Assembly (NCBI GenBank): GCA_964496435.1
Contig: CAZBZP010000005.1
Location: 10,097-74,096 of the forward strand
Source: Uncultured Candidatus Berkiella sp.
GTDB lineage: Bacteria; Pseudomonadota; Gammaproteobacteria; Berkiellales; Berkiellaceae
Reading direction: 5' to 3'
DNA: 64,000 bases
How positions within the stretch are numbered: the first letter of the stretch is position 1; every line of letters starts with the position of its first letter. Positions 17,507 through 26,035 of this stretch are shown here, piece after piece. Position numbers and translations under genes: made by a program. The notes beneath the pieces were generated by a model, which was not told the DNA's origin, made no database searches, and saw only the letters and a list, made by a program, of their open reading frames with translations.

Positions 17507-18287
17507 AGTGGCCTTTGAGGCAGCGCAAAAGAATGATGATAAGCATGATGGTGCCGATGGTCACATGGGCGCCGTGAAAGCCAGTTAGCATAAAGAAGGT
17601 TGAACCATAAATACCTGAGCCCAAGGTAAGATTAAAATGGTGATAGGCTTCATAGTACTCATAGGCTTGGCAGCATAAGAAGCTAATACCTAAAGCAACT
17701 GTTAAGAACAGACCTATAATCAACTGAGCTCGGTTCTTTTTGACTAAGCCCCAGTGTGCAATGGTGATGGTGACGCCGCTGGTTAATAAGATCAGGGTAT
17801 TGATAGCAGGCAGTCCCCAGGCATTAATAATTTCTTTGGGTGCTGGGAACAATTTTGGATCCGGCGTATTAAGCAAAGGCCATGTCGCTTTAAATTGAGG
17901 CCATAAAAGATGAGAAGAGCCTCTGTCACCTTCGCCGCCCAACCAAGGAATCGCTAAGTGGCGTGCATAAAATAAGGCGCCGAAGAAGGCTGCAAAAAAC
18001 ATCACCTCAGAAAAAATGAACCAAGCCATTCCCCAACGAAATGAACGGTCCATTTGCTTGCTATATAAACCTTGTTGGCTTTCCTTAACAACATCACGGA
18101 ACCAACCGAACATCATGTAGGCAACACATAATGAGCCAACAAAAAAGATATAATGACCTATCGCATGACCATGGATCCAATTGGCAAGACCCACCATAAA
18201 GATACCAAGACCAATAGAGCCTGCAATCGGCCAATGGCTTTGGGGTGGTACATAGTAGTGCTCATGGTGATGCGTCTTTTCTGACAT
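17406..18287 (-). CDS. coxC: cytochrome c oxidase subunit III
   Basis: 7-TM protein ending WYWHFVDVVWLFLFVFVYW, the canonical subunit III signature. Confidence 0.95.
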   Translation of the reverse strand: MSEKTHHHEHYYVPPQSHWPIAGSIGLGIFMVGLANWIHGHAIGHYIFFVGSLCVAYMMFGWFRDVVKESQQGLYSKQMDRSFRWGMAWFIFSEVMFFAAFFGALFYARHLAIPWLGGEGDRGSSHLLWPQFKATWPLLNTPDPKLFPAPKEIINAWGLPAINTLILLTSGVTITIAHWGLVKKNRAQLIIGLFLTVALGISFLCCQAYEYYEAYHHFNLTLGSGIYGSTFFMLTGFHGAHVTIGTIMLIIILLRCLKGHFTPEHHFGFEAVAWYWHFVDVVWLFLFVFVYWL

Positions 18288-18298
18288 TCACATTCTCC

Positions 18299-18838
18299 CT
18301 AATTTTGGGTCACATCAAATAAAGTGTAGGCTAAAGTAACAGTTTTGATTTCTGGAGGAAGCTTAGGATCAACCGCGAACACCAAAGGCAGTTCTTTTCC
18401 TTCATTCGCTGCTAAGGGTTGGTGTTGAAAACAAAAACATTCCATTTTTTTTACGTGCTTGGCAACCAGGCCAGGGCTCACACTGGGAATAGCTTGTACC
18501 ACTTTGGGTTTATCACTTTTGTTCTTAACCCAAAAGGTGGTAGTGATGTATTCACCAGGATGCACCGTATATTTTCTAATTTTGGTATTAAATTCATTTT
18601 GGGCATCGGGTAAGGAGTCATTCAATGTTGCAAGCAACACAATGGTTACAGTGCGACTGGTATCCACATCGCTACTGACCGTTTCCACAATGCCTGATGT
18701 TTTGCCATTTAAACCAGTTACTTTGCAAAACACGCTATAAAGCGGTACCAAAGCAAAGCAAAACGCGAACATGCCCAGAACCACGAGTGATAGCAGGGTT
18801 ATTTGTTTGCGGATTTTTTTTGGCTGGGGTGTTGTCAT
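18299..18838 (-). CDS. ctaG: cytochrome c oxidase assembly protein Cox11/CtaG
   Basis: TM anchor followed by a CFCF copper-binding motif (MECFCFQHQPL). The ATG at 18838 is preferred; a GTG at 18871 lies inside a hairpin. Confidence 0.9.
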   Translation of the reverse strand: MTTPQPKKIRKQITLLSLVVLGMFAFCFALVPLYSVFCKVTGLNGKTSGIVETVSSDVDTSRTVTIVLLATLNDSLPDAQNEFNTKIRKYTVHPGEYITTTFWVKNKSDKPKVVQAIPSVSPGLVAKHVKKMECFCFQHQPLAANEGKELPLVFAVDPKLPPEIKTVTLAYTLFDVTQN

Positions 18839-18878
18839 CGCTCTTTTGTGTGTCCTCAAGAGGACACACACCTTTAAA

Positions 18879-20492
18879 TTACTTCACATGAGGCGGTGTC
18901 GTAAAGCTGTGATAGGGAGGTGGTGAAGGCAAGGTCCACTCTAAACCTTCAGGATTATCCCATACTTTATCAGTTGCTTTTTTACCACCACGAATGGTTT
19001 TAATAATAATATATAAGAAGAAAACCTGACTTGCGCCAAAGATAAAGGCGCCCACACTCGCAATTTGATTAAAGTCAGCAAATTGCAGAGCATAGTCTGG
19101 AATTCGTCGTGGCATCCCTGCAAGACCTAAGAAATGCATAGGGAAGAAAGTGATGTTGATGGAAATAAAGGATAACCAAAAATGTGTTTTACCCAATACT
19201 TCGCTATACATATGGCCTGTCCATTTGGGTAACCAATAATAGGTTGCTGCAATAATCGAGAAAATAGCACCAGGCACCAGTACATAATGGAAATGTGCTA
19301 CCACAAAATAGGTATCTTGATACTGAAAGTCAGCAGGAACGATAGAGAGCATCAACCCTGAGAAGCCACCCATGGTAAATAAGAATAAAAAGGCTAAGGA
19401 AAACAGCATCGGGGTTTCAAATGTAAGCGAGCCTTTGAGCATCGTTGCAGTCCAGTTGAACACTTTTACGCCTGTTGGTACAGCAATCAACATGGTGGCA
19501 TACATAAAGAACAATTCACCAGCTAAAGGCATACCGGTGGTAAACATATGATGCGCCCACACGATGAAAGATAAAAAGGCAATCGAACCAATTGCATATA
19601 CCATCGAGGCATAACCAAACAATGGTTTGCGGGTAAAGGTTGGTAAAATCTGAGAAATAATACCAAAGGCGGGCATGATCATGATGTAAACTTCAGGATG
19701 ACCAAAGAACCAGAATACATGCTGGAACATTACAGGATCGCCACCACCTGCGGCATTGAAAAAGCTGGTGCCAAAATGACGGTCAAATAGCATCATGGTG
19801 ACGCAGCCTGCTAAAACGGGCATAACAGCAATCAACAAGAAAGCCGTGACTAACCATGACCAACAAAAGATCGGCATTTTCATTAAGGTCATACCAGGTG
19901 CACGTAAATTTAAAATGGTGGCAACCACATTAATTGCCCCCATGATAGATGACATCCCCATTAAGTGGATGGCAAAGATGAAAAAGTCGGTAGAAGGTGG
20001 GCCAAACTCGGTAGATAAAGGCGCATAAAATGTCCAACCGAAGTTAGGGGCAGAGCCTTCCATAAAGAGGGTGCTTATTAAAATACCAAAAGCAACCGGC
20101 AGGATCCAAAAGCTCCAGTTATTTAATCGTGGTAGTGCCATATCAGGTGCACCCACCATCATAGGGATTAACCAGTTGGCCAAGCCAACGAAGGCAGGCA
20201 TCACCGCGCCAAATACCATGATGAGTCCATGCATGGTGGTTAATTGATTAAAGAATTCAGGATTAACAATTTGCTCGCCAGGTTTAAATAATTCAGCCCG
20301 GATAAGCATTGCCATGCAACCGCCAAGCAAAAACATAATAAAGCTGAACCATAAGTACATGGATCCGATGTCTTTGTGATTGGTGGTATATACCCAGCGC
20401 ATTATCCCTTTAGCAGGGCCATGATCATGATGATCATCATGATGGGAGTGAGCATGATCTGTATCTGAAGTAGTAATATGTGTTGCGCCCAT
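18879..20492 (-). CDS. coxA: cytochrome c oxidase subunit I
   Basis: 537 aa with WFFGHPEVYI, HHMF and VAHFHYV motifs. His-rich N-terminus as in other gammaproteobacterial aa3 oxidases. Confidence 0.97.
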   Translation of the reverse strand: MGATHITTSDTDHAHSHHDDHHDHGPAKGIMRWVYTTNHKDIGSMYLWFSFIMFLLGGCMAMLIRAELFKPGEQIVNPEFFNQLTTMHGLIMVFGAVMPAFVGLANWLIPMMVGAPDMALPRLNNWSFWILPVAFGILISTLFMEGSAPNFGWTFYAPLSTEFGPPSTDFFIFAIHLMGMSSIMGAINVVATILNLRAPGMTLMKMPIFCWSWLVTAFLLIAVMPVLAGCVTMMLFDRHFGTSFFNAAGGGDPVMFQHVFWFFGHPEVYIMIMPAFGIISQILPTFTRKPLFGYASMVYAIGSIAFLSFIVWAHHMFTTGMPLAGELFFMYATMLIAVPTGVKVFNWTATMLKGSLTFETPMLFSLAFLFLFTMGGFSGLMLSIVPADFQYQDTYFVVAHFHYVLVPGAIFSIIAATYYWLPKWTGHMYSEVLGKTHFWLSFISINITFFPMHFLGLAGMPRRIPDYALQFADFNQIASVGAFIFGASQVFFLYIIIKTIRGGKKATDKVWDNPEGLEWTLPSPPPYHSFTTPPHVK

Positions 20493-20512
20493 TGTTCTCT
20501 TGCCTTGTTAGC

Positions 20513-21391
20513 TTAGGAGTGCTCGGTGTTCTTTTTAGATTCATCACAGGGTTGCATCAAAACAAAATCATCTGTGGCAGCCTCATCTTCATTAGACGCT
20601 GCTTTCGTTGCTTTTTGTTGTTCACTGACCCAGGCTTTGTAATCTTCTTCTGACTTTGCATCAACTACAATGGGCATATAACCGTGTTTAACACCGCATA
20701 ATTCAGCACATTGTCCACGATAGATACCAGGCTTATCGGCGTCGATAAGTGTCCATACTTCATTAATGAAACCTGGAATAGCATCCTTTTTCACGCCTAA
20801 TGCAGGCACCCACCAAGAGTGGATAACATCTTTACCTGTAACTAAGAAACGAATTTTCTTGCCAACAGGCACCACCACAGCTCTATCTACTTCAAGTAGG
20901 TAGTGTGGATTCTTTGGTGCTTTATTATTGATTTCATCTTCATTTGTTGAAAGATAACTGAAGAAGTTAATATTTTCATCGACATAATCATAATGCCAAT
21001 ACCAACGATGGCCTGTTACTTTAATCGTAACTTCAGCATCTCTGGTATCACTCATTTCAATCAGTGTTTTGGTAGCAGGCACGGCCATCGCAATCAATAT
21101 GATAAAGGGAATGATGGTCCAGATAATTTCTACCGTGGTGCTTTCATGAAAAGCGGCGGCTTGATGGCCTGCGGCCTTTCGGTGCCGAATGATTGCCCAG
21201 ATCATTAAGCTATAAACAATAATGCCTATCGCTACGCATATCCATAGGATAGTCATATGTAAGTTGTGGATATTATTGCTAACAGGTGAAACCCCTTTGG
21301 TCATATTAAGGGTGTAGTCAGCCCAGGCATTGCTAGCGTAAAGTCCAAACATGGCTACGATTAGACGTAAAACCTTCGGCAATTGGAACAT
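20513..21391 (-). CDS. coxB: cytochrome c oxidase subunit II
   Basis: Signal peptide plus 2 TM segments. CuA site HSWWVP...CAELCGVKHGYMP. No fused cytochrome c domain. Confidence 0.95.
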   Translation of the reverse strand: MFQLPKVLRLIVAMFGLYASNAWADYTLNMTKGVSPVSNNIHNLHMTILWICVAIGIIVYSLMIWAIIRHRKAAGHQAAAFHESTTVEIIWTIIPFIILIAMAVPATKTLIEMSDTRDAEVTIKVTGHRWYWHYDYVDENINFFSYLSTNEDEINNKAPKNPHYLLEVDRAVVVPVGKKIRFLVTGKDVIHSWWVPALGVKKDAIPGFINEVWTLIDADKPGIYRGQCAELCGVKHGYMPIVVDAKSEEDYKAWVSEQQKATKAASNEDEAATDDFVLMQPCDESKKNTEHS

Positions 21392-21461
21392 GCCGTTTTC
21401 TCCATATATTTTTTGATTCTAGCGGCCTGCGTCAAGAACACTAAGTCAGTTCTTAAACGCA

Positions 21462-21483
21462 TAAAAAGACGCGAGCGTCTTTT
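21462..21483 (-). terminator. rho-independent terminator after apaH (symmetric A/T flanks)
   Basis: AAAAAGACGC-GA-GCGTCTTTTT, immediately downstream of the apaH stop on the minus strand. Confidence 0.6.
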
Positions 21484-21530
21484 TATCTCCATTCTAGAGT
21501 GTTGGTTGCATTATATTGTGCTGCGCTACT

Positions 21531-22379
21531 TTACCGTGGTTTGGCGTCAAGGGAAAGGGGCTTTTGGATGTAATCCTTGCAATCAATGCTTACTTTTTGC
21601 TTGGTTTCTAAACAAAAAGCAGTTAGACAATTACCCCAGACACAACCCGTATCCAAGGCAATTATCTTTTGTGATTTTATTTCTTGGCTGGAAAGTGCAG
21701 CCCAATGACCAAAGATCAGATTTTCATTTTGTGTTTTTCGACCTTCATAAGCATACCAGGGGATAAGTTCGCTATGTTGTTCGGGGCTGCCCTTTGCTTT
21801 CAAATCAAGTTCACCTGCTTGAGTGCAAAAACGCATGCGGGTAAAACTATTGATAATAAAACGTGCTCTGTCCCAACCAATTAAATCATCTTTCCAAATA
21901 AGAGGTGTATTACCAAAGAGATTATCAAGAAAGTCATTAGACTGTGGACCTTGCAGCAAAGACCCCACTTCTTTGGCAAGCTTGATAGCTGTATTCAGAT
22001 CCCAAGCGGGATAAATACCAGCATGCGTCATGGTAAAGCCGAGCTTGTCATCATGGTGCAATAAAGGACGGTGTCGTAGCCACTCTAATAGGGAAGCTTT
22101 ATCTGCTGCTCCTAAGATCTCTTCAAAAGTATCTTTGGGGTGGGCTTTGACACTGCCACGTGCAACAGCAAGTAAGGCTAAATCATGATTACCCAAAACA
22201 ACCACGGTATTGGCTAGTGATTTGATAAAACGCAGCGTTTCTAATGAATGATATCCACGATTGATTAGATCCCCTGTAAACCAAAGTTGATCACGCGTGC
22301 TGTCGAAAGCAATTTTGGCTAATAGTTGTTCTAAGGGCCCTAAGCAACCCTGAACATCACCTATTGCATAAGTCGCCAT
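21531..22379 (-). CDS. apaH: bis(5'-nucleosyl)-tetraphosphatase, symmetrical
   Basis: MATYAIGDVQGC...GDLINRG...GNHD metallophosphatase motifs. Conserved rsmA-apaG-apaH synteny. Confidence 0.95.
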   Translation of the reverse strand: MATYAIGDVQGCLGPLEQLLAKIAFDSTRDQLWFTGDLINRGYHSLETLRFIKSLANTVVVLGNHDLALLAVARGSVKAHPKDTFEEILGAADKASLLEWLRHRPLLHHDDKLGFTMTHAGIYPAWDLNTAIKLAKEVGSLLQGPQSNDFLDNLFGNTPLIWKDDLIGWDRARFIINSFTRMRFCTQAGELDLKAKGSPEQHSELIPWYAYEGRKTQNENLIFGHWAALSSQEIKSQKIIALDTGCVWGNCLTAFCLETKQKVSIDCKDYIQKPLSLDAKPR

Positions 22380-22381
22380 GC

Positions 22382-22759
22382 TTAATTGACGAGTTCTGCG
22401 AGGGCAAGACTAAAGGGAGAAATAATGGCGTCAAAGTAATTACCTTGACTATTCAGCATGGTATAAGTGCCGTGCATGGTGCCAACCGGCGTGGGCAAAA
22501 TAGCGCCGCTTGTATAACGATAGCTTTGTCCGGGTTGAATCAAAGGTTGTTCGCCAACAACCCCTTCGCCATGAACTTCCTGGGTATGACCATTGGCATC
22601 GGTAATAATCCAATGTCTTGTGAGTAACCTAGCTGCTTTTGTGCCATGGTTGCTAATAGTGATGGTATAGCTAAAAGCATAGCGCTGTTGGCTGGGATCG
22701 GAATGTTCAGGTAAATAATGAGTTTGTGCCGTAATACCGATGTGATTATCAATTGGCAT
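22382..22759 (-). CDS. apaG: ApaG (DUF525) protein
   Basis: RYAFSYTITISN...WIITDANG...GEGVVGEQP...YTSG matches E. coli ApaG. ATG at 22759. Confidence 0.9.
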   Translation of the reverse strand: MPIDNHIGITAQTHYLPEHSDPSQQRYAFSYTITISNHGTKAARLLTRHWIITDANGHTQEVHGEGVVGEQPLIQPGQSYRYTSGAILPTPVGTMHGTYTMLNSQGNYFDAIISPFSLALAELVN

Positions 22760-22853
22760 TATGTGGCCTCTATTCAACTAGATGTAGTCCAGAATACGGG
22801 CAATGCAGCAAATAGTAAATCCCCCGCCCTTCTTTATAATAGAGGGGCGCGCT

Positions 22854-23651
22854 TTAGCGAGATGGGGTATTCACGGCATCACTTAAGGCGATAAACTCAG
22901 CAATGCTTAATGTTTCAGGTCGACGAATGGCGTCTATTTGCAGCTGTTCAAAAATCTCTGGTGCTACCATACCATTGAGTGCATTTTTGAGCGTCTTTCG
23001 GCGATGTGAAAATGCAGTTGTCACCAATTGCGCAAAAACTTTTTCGTTCTTTGCCACAGGATGAGGACGATTATCGCCATAAGGGATTAAACGCACCATG
23101 GCAGAGGTTACTTTTGGCGGCGGTGAAAAAGATTTGGGTTGCACTTCAAATAAGGATTGCACCTGGCAATGATATTGCAACATGATGCTCAAACGACCAT
23201 AGTCTTTGGAGTTCGGTTTTGCCGCCATACGCACAACCACTTCCTTTTGCAACATGAACAACATGTCTTCAATAATGTGGGCATAATGCAAAAGATAAAA
23301 AAGCAAAGGTGTTGAAATATTGTAGGGTAGGTTACCGAAGATTCTTAACTTATGTCCTGGCTCATATAAAGTGTCAAAATCAAATTGCAAAGCATCTGCT
23401 TGATGCACGCTTAATTGTTCTTTAGCGTAATCACGGATAAGTTTTGCGCTTAAATCATTGTCAATTTCAATGACATGCAAATGCGTGGTATGTTCTAACA
23501 CTTGCTTTGTTAAAGCCCCCAATCCTGCACCTATTTCAACCAGATGTTGATTTGGTTGAGGATGTAAAGCCTGCACAATCCGGTTTATAACGTTATTATC
23601 AATTAAAAAGTTTTGGCCAAAGCGCTTACGCGGTTGATGATGTTCGCTCAT
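22854..23651 (-). CDS. rsmA: 16S rRNA (adenine1518/1519-N6)-dimethyltransferase
   Basis: KRFGQNFL start and VEIGAGLGALT SAM motif. Overlaps the pdxA stop by 4 nt. Confidence 0.95.
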   Translation of the reverse strand: MSEHHQPRKRFGQNFLIDNNVINRIVQALHPQPNQHLVEIGAGLGALTKQVLEHTTHLHVIEIDNDLSAKLIRDYAKEQLSVHQADALQFDFDTLYEPGHKLRIFGNLPYNISTPLLFYLLHYAHIIEDMLFMLQKEVVVRMAAKPNSKDYGRLSIMLQYHCQVQSLFEVQPKSFSPPPKVTSAMVRLIPYGDNRPHPVAKNEKVFAQLVTTAFSHRRKTLKNALNGMVAPEIFEQLQIDAIRRPETLSIAEFIALSDAVNTPSR

Positions 23652-24649
23652 GATAGGGCAACAGCTTTTTCAATAGTACTGTAGTGAAGCGCAAGCTGTA
23701 AGGCTTTTATAAGACTGCTTTCTTTGGCTAAGCCTGTACCTGCAATCTCTAAAGCAGTGCCGTGATCAACAGAAGTACGTAAAAAAGGTAAGCCTAAAGT
23801 GATATTAACGATGTCACCAAAATAAAGTGCTTTGATAGGTGCTATGCCTTGATCATGATACATGGCTAAATAAGCATCCACGCTTTTTCTATTTTCAGGT
23901 GTAAAGGCGGTATCACCGCTCACAGGACCGGATACGGGCAAGCCCTCTTCTTTTAATTTTCTAATGAGGCCAAACATAAATGATTGTTCTTCATCCCCGA
24001 TTTTGCCGTACTCACCAGCATGTGGATTCAAGCCCAACACGCGTATCCGTGGGGAGCTAATATGAAAAGTGTTGACAAGCCCTTGATGCAATAGACGAAT
24101 TGCACTTTCTAATCTTTGGGGCGTTAACACATGGCTTACATCGCGCAAAGGAACATGCGTTGTCGCCATACCAACAATGATTTCTGGTGTATAAAAAGTC
24201 ATTAATACCGATTCAACGCCTGCTAAGGCTGCTAAATATTCTGTATGTCCCAAAAAGGGAACACCACTTTGTTGGATAATGGCTTTATGGATGGGCGCCG
24301 TAACTAAGGCGGCTGTTTGCTTGCTTGCGCATAATTCAAAAGCCTTATCAAGCATTTTAAGTACGGCGCTAGCATTGGCCACATTTAAATCGCCAGCAAT
24401 ACATTTTTCAACGAGCGGCACATCTACGATATCGATGCGGTGATTGCCGTTCGCTTTTGGCGGCGATGCGGCATCAAAATCAACCAAATCAATAGGAATA
24501 TCTAATTCTTTGGCTCGTTCTTTTAAGGTTTGGGCACAGCCGACTAAAACGACTTGTGCCTCTAAGGGTAAGCTGGCCAATTTTAAACAAATATCCGGCC
24601 CAACACCGGCAGGTTCACCGAGTGTTAAGGCTATGCGCGCAACCGTCAT
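23648..24649 (-). CDS. pdxA: 4-hydroxythreonine-4-phosphate dehydrogenase
   Basis: GEPAGVGPD, GHTEYLA and TSVDHGTA motifs, with conserved synteny. Confidence 0.95.
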   Translation of the reverse strand: MTVARIALTLGEPAGVGPDICLKLASLPLEAQVVLVGCAQTLKERAKELDIPIDLVDFDAASPPKANGNHRIDIVDVPLVEKCIAGDLNVANASAVLKMLDKAFELCASKQTAALVTAPIHKAIIQQSGVPFLGHTEYLAALAGVESVLMTFYTPEIIVGMATTHVPLRDVSHVLTPQRLESAIRLLHQGLVNTFHISSPRIRVLGLNPHAGEYGKIGDEEQSFMFGLIRKLKEEGLPVSGPVSGDTAFTPENRKSVDAYLAMYHDQGIAPIKALYFGDIVNITLGLPFLRTSVDHGTALEIAGTGLAKESSLIKALQLALHYSTIEKAVALS

Positions 24650-24652
24650 CGT

Positions 24653-25942
24653 TTAGGTCTCATCAAAGATCTTAACATAGGCTTCATCGCGTAATTGCCG
24701 TGCCCAAATTTGGATCTTTTCATCAAGTTTACGTTGTTGCAGCATCTCTTTCGCTCTTTGGCGTAAAGCGACTTCATCATTGCTGAGCGTTTTTCTGTCA
24801 AGCACTTCCATAATGTGCCAGCCAAAAGAAGTTTTAAATGGCTCTGAAACCTCATGGGTAGGCAATTTTTCCATTACTGCGCTAAATTCAGGAACAAGCA
24901 CTTCATTGCTGACCCAACCGAGGTTGCCGCCGTTGCTGCTCGAGGCAAGATCGCCAGAATACGTTTTTGCGAGTTGCGCAAAATCTTCACCTTGTGCGAT
25001 TTTTTTCTTGAGTTCGTTTAATTTTGCTTTGGCATCACTGTCTGTGGTGTTGGCATTGGTTTTAACCAAAATGTGCCTCACGGAAGTTTTAGCAACAGCC
25101 GTTGATGCACCTGTTTGGCGCTTATCCATTAACTTGATGATATGGATACCACTGCTGCTTCGAATAGCATCAGGAACATCACTTACTTTTAAGGTAGGAA
25201 CAACTTTTTCAAATAGCGTGGGTAATTCAGGTAATTTACGCCAGCCAAGATCGCCACCATTCAAAGCGCTTTCACCTGTGGAATTAGCAATCGCCAACTG
25301 GGCAAAATCACCACCTTGGCGTAATTTGCTGACAATTTGGTTAGCCTTTTCTGTCGCTTTTTCCAATTCTTCAGGGCTTGGAGATTCAGAAAGCGGGATC
25401 ATGATGTGACTTAAATGATATTCCGTTGATAATCCACCTAAACCATGAGAGGAGTTTAAGAACTGATTCACTTCTTGCTCTGTTACTTGAATGTCTGGCA
25501 GTAAATCACGTTGCTGTAGTTGGGAAATCATGATTTGTTGACGGATGCTGTTGCGATAAGCATTAAAATCCATACCTTGTTGAGCTAAAGCTTCACGCAT
25601 GCCTGTTACCGTGATTTGGTTATCTCTGGCAATCTTATCAATAGCATTATCTAACATATTGTCATCGACTTGGATGCCGGTTTTTTTGGCATATTGTGAT
25701 TGGGTGTGCGTCATGATCAAATGATCTAGCACTTGTTTTTTTAGCGCTTTTTGATCGGGCATTTTATTGCCGCTGGCATGAATTTGTTGGGTAACAAGGC
25801 CTAACTGGTTTGCAAGTTCACTCTTGGTGATAATCGCATCATTAACGACAGCTGCGATCCCATCAATGGGCTCTGCTTTACCGATAGCGCATGTACTTAA
25901 TCCTAAGAGTGCAAAACTTAATAAGGTTTTCAGCTTTTGCAT
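24653..25942 (-). CDS. surA: periplasmic chaperone / peptidyl-prolyl isomerase SurA
   Basis: Signal peptide, SurA N-terminal domain and two parvulin domains (GGDLGW..., GGNLGW...). Lies downstream of lptD. Confidence 0.95.
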   Translation of the reverse strand: MQKLKTLLSFALLGLSTCAIGKAEPIDGIAAVVNDAIITKSELANQLGLVTQQIHASGNKMPDQKALKKQVLDHLIMTHTQSQYAKKTGIQVDDNMLDNAIDKIARDNQITVTGMREALAQQGMDFNAYRNSIRQQIMISQLQQRDLLPDIQVTEQEVNQFLNSSHGLGGLSTEYHLSHIMIPLSESPSPEELEKATEKANQIVSKLRQGGDFAQLAIANSTGESALNGGDLGWRKLPELPTLFEKVVPTLKVSDVPDAIRSSSGIHIIKLMDKRQTGASTAVAKTSVRHILVKTNANTTDSDAKAKLNELKKKIAQGEDFAQLAKTYSGDLASSSNGGNLGWVSNEVLVPEFSAVMEKLPTHEVSEPFKTSFGWHIMEVLDRKTLSNDEVALRQRAKEMLQQRKLDEKIQIWARQLRDEAYVKIFDET

Positions 25943-26035
25943 AGTTCGCCTATATATTTTTAAAAGTTATCTAACATTCTTTTTGGCTTGGAAATTGTTA
26001 AAAAGTATATCTCATTTTTAGTTGCTTGTTAGGTG

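Noticed and set aside
20393-20492. His-rich N-terminus of CoxA, and the His-rich tails of ZnuC/ZnuA, as unusual metal-binding additions
   Set aside because: These His-rich segments are normal features of the respective families in gammaproteobacteria (a similar HAHGDHAHGPAKG start in Pseudomonas CoxA as recalled; the ZnuA loop and ZnuC tail are classic).
22823-22850. Hairpin CGCCCTTCT-ttataat-AGAGGGGCG between rsmA and apaG as a terminator
   Set aside because: There is no U-tract on the minus (transcribed) strand, and rsmA-apaG-apaH are normally co-transcribed. At most it is a minor intercistronic structure.
24780-25409. 209-aa ORF antisense to surA
   Set aside because: It lies entirely inside a well-supported conserved gene on the other strand. 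Low-complexity Ser/Leu/Ala composition is typical of an antisense frame. No start context.
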